Sequence record: DRR378314_778
DNA: 51,329 nucleotides
Strand: one strand, 5' to 3'
Part shown: positions 1 through 8,670 of the stretch, piece by piece
Layout: each line of letters starts with the position of its first letter
How positions within the stretch are numbered: position 1 is the stretch's first letter
Notes under the pieces: generated by a model
Seen by the model: only the letters and a program-made list of their open reading frames with translations
Databases searched by the model: none
Told to the model about the DNA's origin: nothing
Program-made: the position numbers and the translations under genes

Positions 1-706
1 AGACAGCATTTTTATCTGGCTCAAAGGCGGCAACCGCAGCCTTGATCCAGTGCACACCGCTTGGCAGGACAGAGGAGAGGGTCTTCACCGTTTCATCAGC
101 TGTAAAAATGCCGCCGCCGACCAAGGTCCAGCCCGGTTGGTAATAATGAATATCGGCCGGATCAATAATCGCGATATTCAGATCAGCGGCCCGACTGAGA
201 ATGGAGGAGGCGACAGATATTCCAGCGGATCCTGCGCCAACAATAACAACGTCATACTGGCCATCAAAACCGTCGGTTGGTGTTTTACCATTATTCAGGA
301 TCCGGCGCACCACGCCCCGCATATCGTATCCGGCGTTCTGTGCCTTTGTCAGGATGTCGGCAACGGGAATATGTCCCGCCCGGCTGAGCGCCCATAAGGT
401 GGTGGAGCGGGTTCCGCTTCGGCAGTACGCAAATGCCGGTTTAGGGGCGCTGGCATACAGGCTTGCAAAAGTTTCCGCATCATCATCCGTAACCTTGCCT
501 GTTTCAACCGGTTGATAGAAGGCGGAAAGGCCAAGTTTTTGAGCCTCTGCTTCAATTTCCGGGAAATTTTGTTGGTCATTTCCTTCGCCGTCCGGGCGGT
601 TGCAGATGATCGATTTAAAACCCGCGTTTTTGATAGCCTGCAGATCATCGATCAGAATTTGCGGAGACACACTCAGCTCATCATCAATTTTATTAATTTT
701 CATCAT
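1..706 (-). CDS. sqr: DUF442 (TIGR01244-type) sulfurtransferase domain fused to sulfide:quinone oxidoreductase; 3' end runs off the window
   Basis: Not in ORF track. Manual translation from ATG 706 (RBS GGGGAGGG): MMKINKIDDELSVSPQI...SIICNRPDGE...AYCRSGTRS (DUF442 CxxGxRS), then DVVIVGAGSAGISVA...HYYQPGWTLVGGG (type II SQR FAD-binding N-terminus). Lies next to a persulfide dioxygenase. Confidence 0.9.
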   Translation of the reverse strand, partial: MMKINKIDDELSVSPQILIDDLQAIKNAGFKSIICNRPDGEGNDQQNFPEIEAEAQKLGLSAFYQPVETGKVTDDDAETFASLYASAPKPAFAYCRSGTRSTTLWALSRAGHIPVADILTKAQNAGYDMRGVVRRILNNGKTPTDGFDGQYDVVIVGAGSAGISVASSILSRAADLNIAIIDPADIHYYQPGWTLVGGGIFTADETVKTLSSVLPSGVHWIKAAVAAFEPDKNAV

Positions 707-733
707 TCCCTCCCCGGGAAAAGGCCAGATTGC

Positions 734-1594
734 TTAGACGGCATCCAATGGAATTTTCAAATACCGCACCCCATTATCTTCGGCGGGGGGCAAATCACCT
801 GCGCGTACATTGACCTGAACGGAAGGCAGGATCAGAACAGGCATATCTAACTCCTTGTCCCGATTGGTTCGCATATCGACGAAGGCTTTTTCATTCACTT
901 TGTCATTAACGTGAATGTTGTTGGCTTTTTCGGCGGCAACGGTTGTTTCCCAAATATAGTCGCGCCCGTTTGGTGCGTAGTCATGGCAGAGGAACAGCCG
1001 GGTCTCAGGGGGTAGAGCCAGAATTTTCTGAATCGAGTGATATAGTTGGCTGGCATCACCACCCGGAAAATCGCAACGGGCTGTGCCAAAGTCCGGCATA
1101 AACAGAGTATCGCCAACAAAGGCAGCATCACCAATTACGTAGGTGGCGCAGGCTGGGGTATGACCGGGTGTGTGTATGACGTTAACTTCCAAATTTCCAA
1201 TCATGAAGCTTTCACCGTCTTCAAACAGATGATCAAACTGGCTACCGTCTGTTTCAAACTCTGGCTCCAGATTAAACAAGGACTTAAAGACGTCCTGCAC
1301 TGTATCCACTTTGTTGCCGATACCGATCTTCCCACCCAGTTTCTGTTTCAGATACGGCGCTGCAGTTAGGTGATCTGCATGGACATGGGTCTCCAAAATC
1401 CAGTCAACGGTCAGGTTTTCTGACGCTATGAAGGCGATGACCTCATCGGCGGAGCGGGTCGATGTCCGGCCGGATTTTGGATCGTAATCATGTACGCTGT
1501 CGATAATGGCAGCTTTGCGTGTGGCGGGGTCCCAAACGATATGAGTTGCCGTGAAAGTTGCATGATCAAAAATTGTTTTTACGGTTGTTGTCAT
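734..1594 (-). CDS. Persulfide dioxygenase (ETHE1/Blh/SdoA-like MBL-fold metallohydrolase)
   Basis: ETHVHADH, HTPGHTPAC, GDTLFMPDFGTARCDFPGG and CHDY motifs. ATG 1594 with AAAGGT upstream preferred over track GTG 1603. Confidence 0.92.
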   Translation of the reverse strand: MTTTVKTIFDHATFTATHIVWDPATRKAAIIDSVHDYDPKSGRTSTRSADEVIAFIASENLTVDWILETHVHADHLTAAPYLKQKLGGKIGIGNKVDTVQDVFKSLFNLEPEFETDGSQFDHLFEDGESFMIGNLEVNVIHTPGHTPACATYVIGDAAFVGDTLFMPDFGTARCDFPGGDASQLYHSIQKILALPPETRLFLCHDYAPNGRDYIWETTVAAEKANNIHVNDKVNEKAFVDMRTNRDKELDMPVLILPSVQVNVRAGDLPPAEDNGVRYLKIPLDAV

Positions 1595-1636
1595 TGTCAG
1601 CACTACCTTTTCTCAGTTGTTCAATTCGCTAGCCAT

Positions 1637-1816
1637 TTATTTCGTACTTAGACCAATAAGTGAATAGGCCGGACAAAATCCGATCAACCCGGTTACAAGA
1701 GGAACAAGGCCAATCCAGCCCCAAGGCGTTTGCGGTCCGGTGAAAACCAGAGCCAGCAATAGAATTCCCAGTGCGACGCGTAAAACTCTATCGATTGTTC
1801 CCACATTCATCTGCAT
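1637..1816 (-). CDS. DUF2892 / YgaP-like small membrane protein, 59 aa
   Basis: Below ORF-track cutoff. MQMNVGTIDRVLRVALGILLLALVFTGPQTPWGWIGLVPLVTGLIGFCPAYSLIGLSTK shows the NVG..DR..R and FCPxY family signature and two hydrophobic helices. First gene of the pdo-sqr run. Confidence 0.9.
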   Translation of the reverse strand: MQMNVGTIDRVLRVALGILLLALVFTGPQTPWGWIGLVPLVTGLIGFCPAYSLIGLSTK

Positions 1817-1875
1817 TTTTTGGTTCCCGATTTTGATTTTAAAAAATTATTATCTTCCCTTAGCCCTCGAAAGTC

Positions 1876-1890
1876 TGTGACTATGTCACA
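1876..1890. promoter_or_regulatory. Palindrome TGTGAC-TAT-GTCACA, candidate Crp/Fnr-family operator
   Basis: Perfect 6-bp arms containing CRP-type TGTGA/TCACA half-sites (5-bp rather than 6-bp spacing) in the divergent promoter between DUF2892 and the Crp/Fnr gene. Confidence 0.65.
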
Positions 1891-1909
1891 TACCAACAAA
1901 AGGATGAAA

Positions 1910-2575
1910 ATGAAGGCGCAAGGGTGGATAGAGCAGTTTCCTGATTTAGCGGCATTGCCGTCTGAAGATCGGAATATTTTGGAAGAGCAGGCGAATTTGC
2001 TTCAAATTCCGGCAGGCTCAACCGTGTTTGCCCCTGGATTGAAGGCCGAGAGTTTTCTGCTGCTGTTAAGTGGAACGGTTCGGGTCCAGCAAACCTCTGC
2101 ATCCGGTCGGGAAATTGTCCTTTATCGGGTAAGTGGCGGGGAAACCTGTATCATGACGACGGCCTGCCTGCTTTCCAATGATCTTTATAGCGCCGAAGGG
2201 GTGACCGAGACTGATGTCACTGCTGTCTCCATATCTAAAGAGGCATTTGAGGCCGCAATCGCAAAATCGCCGGGATTTCGCAGGCTTGTGTTTGCCCAGT
2301 ATTCCAGCCGTATTTCGGATGTCATGCATGTGGTGGAAGAAGTTGCTTTTGAGCGGCTGGATAAACGCCTGGCGGCGCGGTTGCTGCAATTAGCCGATCC
2401 AGAGGGCCACATCACCATGACCCATCAAGCACTCGCCGCAGAGCTGGGCACGGCCCGGGAAGTTATTGGGCGGCAGCTCAAAGAGTTGGAGCGCCGGGGC
2501 TGCGTTACTGTCGCCCGCGGGAGTATTTTTCTGAAAGACCCGCAGAAGCTTGCCTATTTTGCTGCAGACGAATAA
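1910..2575 (+). CDS. Crp/Fnr-family transcriptional regulator
   Basis: cNMP-binding fold (LLLSGTVRV...GREIVLYRV..GETC) plus C-terminal HTH (THQALAAELGTAREVIGRQL). Start 1910 (or 1904) after AAAGGA; the track's TTG 1820 would run through the operator. Confidence 0.92.
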   Translation: MKAQGWIEQFPDLAALPSEDRNILEEQANLLQIPAGSTVFAPGLKAESFLLLLSGTVRVQQTSASGREIVLYRVSGGETCIMTTACLLSNDLYSAEGVTETDVTAVSISKEAFEAAIAKSPGFRRLVFAQYSSRISDVMHVVEEVAFERLDKRLAARLLQLADPEGHITMTHQALAAELGTAREVIGRQLKELERRGCVTVARGSIFLKDPQKLAYFAADE

Positions 2576-2653
2576 CGCGGGTTATGACTGGGTTTGAAGA
2601 TGCGTGATCACACTCACTTATTTGAACGCTTTCACCTTATTTGTTATTTTTTA

Positions 2654-2672
2654 ATTGCAAATCATTCTTAAT
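2654..2672. promoter_or_regulatory. Fur-type iron box ATTGCAAATCATTCTTAAT
   Basis: 19-bp imperfect palindrome resembling alphaproteobacterial Fur boxes, ~50 bp upstream of a siderophore-interacting protein. An inverted GATTTGCA copy sits at 2695-2702. Confidence 0.6.
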
Positions 2673-2723
2673 AGCAATAACTATTAAACAATAAGATTTG
2701 CAGTTTAACGCAGGGGCATATTC

Positions 2724-3764
2724 GTGAATTCAAAACTAATCATCCCGATCCATGATGCACAATCCATCCTCACTTCAGAGTTCGAGCATCTGTCTGAACT
2801 GGATCTCAATCTCACGTCGACCGCAGAAAATTCGTTTTCCCTTCAGTTGGACATGGGCGGGTTGGAGCTCAATGCGGCAAATGATGAAATACATGTCTCG
2901 GTGGAGGGGCGGACGACCGGTAATCTTGAAAGCCTGCAATCTTTCATTGTGACCTATCTGACCAACCGGGTGCCGGAACTGGAGCGGCTCGATTTAAAAT
3001 GGAAAGGCTTTGAATCCGGTACTGACGTACCGGCTAATTTCCGGGCCATGACCGTGATTCGCCGTCAAGTTCTAAACGCTGGAACGGTTCGGGTAACAGT
3101 GCAGGGCGAACGGCTTGAAACCTTTGCTGAAGGCGGATTGCATATCTCACTGCTGATCCCGGATAATCCCGATTTACCGGTGGTTTGGCCGCGCAAAACC
3201 GCCTCAGGCAAGATCCAGTTTCCAGAAGAGGGGAACAGATTACATCGGCGTGTTTACACAATCAGAGCTGTTCGTCTGGAACTGGGGGAAATGGATGTGG
3301 ATCTGGTCCGCCATCCGGGGGGCGTTGCTGCTGACTGGGCGGAAACAGCCAGGGTTGGACAATCGATTGGGGTTATGGGGCCTGTCGGGGGGCAGCCTCC
3401 TCTGGGAGAATGGCTGTTGATCGGTGGCGATGAAACGGCGCTTCCGGCCATTGCCCGCCTGCTTGAAAGCTGTTCACCTGAGGTCAAAGGGTCTGCATTT
3501 ATCTCACTTCGTGATCCCTCCTACAAACAGGAATTGAAAGGTCCGAAAGGAATAAACGTCACCTGGATTTCCAGCGATGAAGGTGCTTTGTGTGCTGCGA
3601 TGAAATCGGTGATGCCGCCGAGTAATCAGAGCTTTTCTATCTGGTTTGCAGCGGAACAGGCAGAAGCCGTGCAACTTCGGGAATATTTTAAAAAAGATCT
3701 GGGGCTGGCAACCGATCAGTATCGTTGTTCCTCCTATTGGGTTCGGGGACGGGAGCGGCTTTAA
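2724..3764 (+). CDS. Siderophore-interacting protein (ViuB/SIP FAD-dependent ferric-siderophore reductase) with N-terminal extension (DUF2218-like)
   Basis: RRVYTIR, HPGGVAADWA, GDETALPAIARLLE, WFAAE and SYW motifs of the SIP family. Confidence 0.88.
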   Translation: MNSKLIIPIHDAQSILTSEFEHLSELDLNLTSTAENSFSLQLDMGGLELNAANDEIHVSVEGRTTGNLESLQSFIVTYLTNRVPELERLDLKWKGFESGTDVPANFRAMTVIRRQVLNAGTVRVTVQGERLETFAEGGLHISLLIPDNPDLPVVWPRKTASGKIQFPEEGNRLHRRVYTIRAVRLELGEMDVDLVRHPGGVAADWAETARVGQSIGVMGPVGGQPPLGEWLLIGGDETALPAIARLLESCSPEVKGSAFISLRDPSYKQELKGPKGINVTWISSDEGALCAAMKSVMPPSNQSFSIWFAAEQAEAVQLREYFKKDLGLATDQYRCSSYWVRGRERL

Positions 3765-3787
3765 GCTGCAAAAGCTGTATTCCTTCC

Positions 3788-5083
3788 TTAAATACCCAGG
3801 GAATCCCGCATTTTGTAAACTAAAACTGACGGGGCCAGGAACCAAGGATTGCCGGAATATAGGGGTCTGGTTTGAAAGGGCACGATATCAAATGCGCTCG
3901 CCCCGTCTTTTTTACCGGCGATCTTCAGACCGGTTTTCATACCCAGATATCCCGACATCCCGACACCGGACCCGCAGTAGCCCATTGCATAATAGAGGTT
4001 ATCTTCCTCCCCGGCGTTCATAAGTTGATCAAAGGTGAACGCCACAAATCCCATCCAGGAGTTGGAAATTCCGACACCCTCAAGCTCTGGAAAGACATTG
4101 TTTAGGACCTTGTGGAGCTTTTCCCCGCTGGACTTAAGGTTCGTCTCAGACAGCGAAACCCGGCCCCCAAAAATGATTCGTTTGTGATCAGGACTCGGAC
4201 GATAATAATAAATCACTTTGCGCGTATCGCTGATAACCCTTTGGGTTGGCATCAGTTTTTGCATCAGTTGCGCGTCGATAATATCGGTTGCAATGATATA
4301 GCTGCCGATGGGGATCACGCGGCGCTGGTGCCACCGCGAAAGAGAACCGCTATAGCCGTTGGTGGCGATCATCACTTTTTGAGCTGAAACCACGCCCCGG
4401 GGTGTTTGCACCGTAAATCCTGATGCCTGCCGATTGATAGCGGTTGCCGGGCAATGGCCGATCAGGCTGACCCCGCTTTGTTGGGCATTGGTAATAAGCC
4501 CGGCATGATATTTTGCCGGGTGTAAACTTGCGTGATGCGGATACACAATACCGCCGTAATAAGCATCGGTTCCCAGTTCCGTATGCTGTTCGGCGCGCGG
4601 AACCAGATAGGCATCCTCGCCCAGTTCAGGGTGCGGGGGTTTCAGCTCTTTTGCCAGTTTTTCATAGTGGCGTGGGGAATGGGCAGCATGATACCGACCG
4701 GTAACCGCGAAATCGCAATCGATGTTCTCAGCCTCGATAAATGTCTGGGTCCAGGTGAGGGATTTCTGTCCTTCCTGATGAATTGCCAGGGCCTGATCAT
4801 TGCCGAAACGTTTGCACAGATCCTCATAGGATGGTTTGAGGCCGGTACTGACCTGACCGCCATTGCGGCTGCTGCAGCCCCACCCCAAATCGTCTGCATC
4901 CAGAACAACCGTATCCATTCCCGCCCGTGCAGTTTGGATGGCGGCGTGCAAGCCGGTATAGCCGCCGCCGATGATGACCACATCGGTTTTGGTCGGCAGC
5001 GTGGATTGTCCGTTATGGGGACTGGCATCCGCCCACCAGTAGGGGGTTTCTGCGTAATCGGCGGCTAAATGTTGGTCGGACAT
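3788..5083 (-). CDS. FAD-dependent amine/amino-acid oxidoreductase (PuuB/DadA family)
   Basis: YWW N-terminus, DVVIIGGGYTGL, GCSSRNGG, LHPAKY, GYCGSGV. Confidence 0.88.
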   Translation of the reverse strand: MSDQHLAADYAETPYWWADASPHNGQSTLPTKTDVVIIGGGYTGLHAAIQTARAGMDTVVLDADDLGWGCSSRNGGQVSTGLKPSYEDLCKRFGNDQALAIHQEGQKSLTWTQTFIEAENIDCDFAVTGRYHAAHSPRHYEKLAKELKPPHPELGEDAYLVPRAEQHTELGTDAYYGGIVYPHHASLHPAKYHAGLITNAQQSGVSLIGHCPATAINRQASGFTVQTPRGVVSAQKVMIATNGYSGSLSRWHQRRVIPIGSYIIATDIIDAQLMQKLMPTQRVISDTRKVIYYYRPSPDHKRIIFGGRVSLSETNLKSSGEKLHKVLNNVFPELEGVGISNSWMGFVAFTFDQLMNAGEEDNLYYAMGYCGSGVGMSGYLGMKTGLKIAGKKDGASAFDIVPFQTRPLYSGNPWFLAPSVLVYKMRDSLGI

Positions 5084-5127
5084 AGGTCTCTCGCTGTGGT
5101 CTTTTGGGCTGACGAAGCTTACTCTTT

Positions 5128-6309
5128 TCAGGGCTCCAGAGTGAAGTTTCGAAGGCGATCTGTCAGCAGTTGAATGCTGTCAGGGTCGATATTGGCAAAG
5201 GCGAACCGTAAATAAGGGGTCTGTGCTTGCCCGAAAAACGTGCCTGGCAGGCAACTTACGCCATATTCCCGGCCTAACCTCTCGGCAATCACTTCAGCAG
5301 AAACGCCGTCAAATCCGTGTCTGATATATGAAAAATAAGCACCGATTGAGGCAATATTCCATTGCTCCAAAGGTGCCAGTGCCGCTTTGAGCGCGTCAGC
5401 ACGGCGGGCAATTTCCCGGCGGTTTTCGGTGCGCCATTCGGTCAGTTCCTGAAGTCCCCTGGCAACAGCCCCCTGCGGAGGGCGGGGGGCACAGATTTGC
5501 AAATTGTCCATCACCTTGGCAATTTGCTCGATCGTATTATCGCCCGCGACAATGGCCCCCAGGCGATGTCCAGGAATACAGAAGGATTTGGAGAAACTGT
5601 AAAGCTGGATAAAATTCTCCTGCCATTTGGGATCGGAAAATATCTGATGGGGATATGTCTGCTCAAGCGGCAGGAAATCTCGGTAGGTTTCATCCAGGAT
5701 CATCCAGATCCCTTTTTGTTGACACAAGGAGAGGGCTTCTGCAAGCCACTGCGCTGGATAAATGGCACCCGTCGGGTTATTGGGGGACACCAGCATGATG
5801 GCCTTGACGCTGGGATCCAATGCGGCTTCCAGATCCTCTAGCCTTGGAATAAATCCTGCAGCTTCGGTGAGCGGGAATGGCTTGGCTTTAATGCCCAGCA
5901 TTTCAAGTGTCGTTTCATGATTGAAATAATAGGGATCGCTCAGAAGAATACTGTCGCCGACCCCGGCAATGGTCATGACGGCGGCAACGAAAGCTTGATT
6001 GCAGCCAGCGGTAATATGGATTTGTGCCGGTGTAGTCGGGCTTTCATAAATACCGCTCATCTCGCTTGCATAGGCGGATCTGAGTTCCAGATCCCCTTCG
6101 ATTGACCCATATCCAGCGTAACCGGCATCTCCGGCCGTTTCTTTCAACCAGTTCAGCATCTGGGGTGGCGCTGGATAACCAGGAACCGCCTGGGCAAGGT
6201 CCAGAAGTTTCCCCCGGGATCCGTCATATGCCGAAGCCCATTTTTGAACGAGTGGAATAGGCGGTAAAGCAAGTCTGTTGACCAGAGGATTAAAAGAGGC
6301 AGAAGTCAT
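5128..6309 (-). CDS. PLP-dependent class I/II aminotransferase
   Basis: VSPNNPTG, LDETYRDF, SFSKSFCIPGHRLG (PLP lysine). Confidence 0.92.
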   Translation of the reverse strand: MTSASFNPLVNRLALPPIPLVQKWASAYDGSRGKLLDLAQAVPGYPAPPQMLNWLKETAGDAGYAGYGSIEGDLELRSAYASEMSGIYESPTTPAQIHITAGCNQAFVAAVMTIAGVGDSILLSDPYYFNHETTLEMLGIKAKPFPLTEAAGFIPRLEDLEAALDPSVKAIMLVSPNNPTGAIYPAQWLAEALSLCQQKGIWMILDETYRDFLPLEQTYPHQIFSDPKWQENFIQLYSFSKSFCIPGHRLGAIVAGDNTIEQIAKVMDNLQICAPRPPQGAVARGLQELTEWRTENRREIARRADALKAALAPLEQWNIASIGAYFSYIRHGFDGVSAEVIAERLGREYGVSCLPGTFFGQAQTPYLRFAFANIDPDSIQLLTDRLRNFTLEP

Positions 6310-6366
6310 TTGGGTCCGATGCAGTCTAATAAAAGCGTTGAGGAGGGTGATTTAACGGCGGTCAGG

Positions 6367-7329
6367 TTACAAGGGAGGATCGTCAGTTCCTTTGGCAGGC
6401 CGGCGGCGGCGGATAGTTTCTGAGTTGGGAACCGGCATTTCAGCCTGTTCCTCTTCCAGCACCTGGAAGAGCCATTCGATAAAGGCATCGACAATCGGTG
6501 TCGAGCGAATTTCCTGCTGGCACGCAATGTAAAAGGCATCATTTGCGGGGACTGCCAGATCAAACGGGATTACCAGATCTCCGGTATGTAAAAGGTTACT
6601 GGCAGTCAGGGTGTCGCCAAGTGTAATTCCCTGTCCTTGCAGCGCGGCATCAATCGCCAGGCGGGCATCCCCCATAAAATGCTGCTGGCGGGGTGAAAGA
6701 TCCAATGCGCCTGCGGTGCCTAACCATGTCTGCCATTCTCTGCCATCATCGGCATGCAGGATCACATGATCTTCCAGATCCGTGAGTTTTCGAATGGCAT
6801 GGCGGTTGGCATGAGTGGGAGAGGTTACCGGAAACAGATCAAATTGTGTCCAATGGCTGAGCCAGCAATCGCGCCGGGGCGGGTCGCCATAAAGAATGGC
6901 TACATCGACATCGGAATTAAACAGCAGCGATTTGTCGACAGAGGCGGTAAACTGCAACTGGATTTCCGGAAATTGAGCACAGAATCGGTTGATCCGCGGC
7001 ACCAGCCAGAAGGAGAGTAACGCAGGCGGGCAGGCGATCGATAGTTTGCCGCTGGTTGTGGGCCGGCTCATGCGAACGGCGGCGGCGGTAATCTCGCGAA
7101 ACGCGACGGCGACGGCCGGTAAGAGCTGATGACCTTGCGCCGTTAATTTTAGCCCCTGGGCCTCGCGCTCAAACAGTTTCTGGCCCAGTGATTTTTCCAG
7201 CGCCTTGATCTGATGGCTGATCGCACTATGAGTTACATTGAGCTCTTTGGCCGCTGCGGTCACACTGCCGGATCTGGCTGTCGCTTCGAAAGCCCTCAAG
7301 GGTTTTAGCGGAGGGAGGGAGCTGGACAT
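6367..7329 (-). CDS. LysR-family regulator (GcvA-like)
   Basis: LPPLKPLRAFEATARSGSVTAAAKELNVTHSAISHQIKALE HTH plus substrate-binding domain. ATG 7329 preferred over track TTG 7395. Confidence 0.92.
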   Translation of the reverse strand: MSSSLPPLKPLRAFEATARSGSVTAAAKELNVTHSAISHQIKALEKSLGQKLFEREAQGLKLTAQGHQLLPAVAVAFREITAAAVRMSRPTTSGKLSIACPPALLSFWLVPRINRFCAQFPEIQLQFTASVDKSLLFNSDVDVAILYGDPPRRDCWLSHWTQFDLFPVTSPTHANRHAIRKLTDLEDHVILHADDGREWQTWLGTAGALDLSPRQQHFMGDARLAIDAALQGQGITLGDTLTASNLLHTGDLVIPFDLAVPANDAFYIACQQEIRSTPIVDAFIEWLFQVLEEEQAEMPVPNSETIRRRRPAKGTDDPPL

Positions 7330-7357
7330 GGATGGGGATATACTTTCAAAAACTACA

Positions 7358-7374
7358 TGTGAATTTTTCTCACA
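7358..7374. promoter_or_regulatory. LysR-type site TGTGA-ATTTTTC-TCACA (T-N11-A)
   Basis: Dyad containing T7360-N11-A7372, ~30 bp upstream of the LysR start in the divergent promoter. Partial copies near 7411-7420 and 7522-7538. Confidence 0.6.
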
Positions 7375-7548
7375 CAGTGACCGGAACAATATCAATTGCT
7401 TTTTTAAGTTTTATTCACAACAATTGGGTTCGTCAATCGGGGAATGACAGATATCTAGGCTTAAGGGGGGCATTTTGGGTCTAGGCTATCGACAAAGCTA
7501 GAGAGTTGACTATTTTCCGTATGTGAAAAAAATACAGATAGGTGCGTG

Positions 7549-8613
7549 ATGTCAAAGACTTGGAACGCGGAGCGACTGAACGAACTTCGGGCGCAGTTTG
7601 GCGAAGGCCATGGCGGTGAGTTGCATGATCCGGAATTTCAGAAAGTCGCCAATCAGATTTTTTCAGGGGACGGAACCCGTCTGGCCCCTTATTCCGGTGT
7701 CCCCACATTTTTGGATGCGCCTTACCGGCATGTGACGGACCTTGCCTCACAGATTGCCGATCTGCAGGTCGCTTTAATCGGGGTGCCGATGGATCTTGGC
7801 GTGACAAACCGGCCGGGTGCCCGTTTCGGACCTCGTGCCCTGCGCGCTATTGAGCGGATCGGCCCTTATAATCATGTGCTGAAAACCGCACCGGTTCAGG
7901 AACTGGCCGTTGAAGATATCGGTGATGTGCCCTTTGACAGCCGCTATCGGTTGGAAAAAAGTCTGGATAATATCGAAGCCTATATCAATAAGATTGTTGA
8001 TGCCGGGGTTGTGCCCCTGTCCGTTGGCGGGGATCATTCCATTACCCACCCCATTCTAAAGGCCGTTGGCCGGGATGAACCTGTCGGGCTCATTCATATT
8101 GATGCCCATTGTGATACGGGCGGCGCTTTTGACGAGACAAAATTCCACCATGGCGGGCCGTTTCGAAATGCCGTGCTGGATGGCGTCCTTGATCCCACAC
8201 GAACGGTGCAAATTGGCATTCGGGGATCGGCTGAATATCTGTGGGAGTTTTCAGAGAAATCCGGAATGACTGTCATTCATGCAGAAGAGGTTCCCCATCT
8301 TGGGATTGCAGCGGTGATTGAAAACGCCCGTGCTGTTGTAGGGACAGGGCCCGTTTACATTACCTTTGATATTGACGGGATTGATCCTTCTTTTGCCCCG
8401 GGAACCGGCACGCCCGAAGTTGGCGGGCTTACCACGCGGGAGGTGCTGGAATTCCTGCGCGGATTGAAAGGCTTGAATATCTGCGGCGGGGATGTGGTGG
8501 AGGTCGCGCCTCAATATGACCCTACGACCAATTCGGCTCATGTAGGCGGACAGGTTCTGTTTGAGATCCTGAGTCTTATGGCCTTCAGCCCGTTTTTGAA
8601 ACCAAAACAATAA
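7549..8613 (+). CDS. speB: Ureohydrolase, agmatinase/guanidinobutyrase family (symbol is family-level; substrate not established)
   Basis: RPGARFGP, GGDHS, DAHCD, DIDGIDP, PGTGTPEVGG, DVVEVAP binuclear-metal motifs. Confidence 0.88.
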   Translation: MSKTWNAERLNELRAQFGEGHGGELHDPEFQKVANQIFSGDGTRLAPYSGVPTFLDAPYRHVTDLASQIADLQVALIGVPMDLGVTNRPGARFGPRALRAIERIGPYNHVLKTAPVQELAVEDIGDVPFDSRYRLEKSLDNIEAYINKIVDAGVVPLSVGGDHSITHPILKAVGRDEPVGLIHIDAHCDTGGAFDETKFHHGGPFRNAVLDGVLDPTRTVQIGIRGSAEYLWEFSEKSGMTVIHAEEVPHLGIAAVIENARAVVGTGPVYITFDIDGIDPSFAPGTGTPEVGGLTTREVLEFLRGLKGLNICGGDVVEVAPQYDPTTNSAHVGGQVLFEILSLMAFSPFLKPKQ

Positions 8614-8670
8614 AAAGGAAGCAGGGGATAACCTTGTGTGTGCTCAGGAATTTTAACAGAGGAGTAGACT

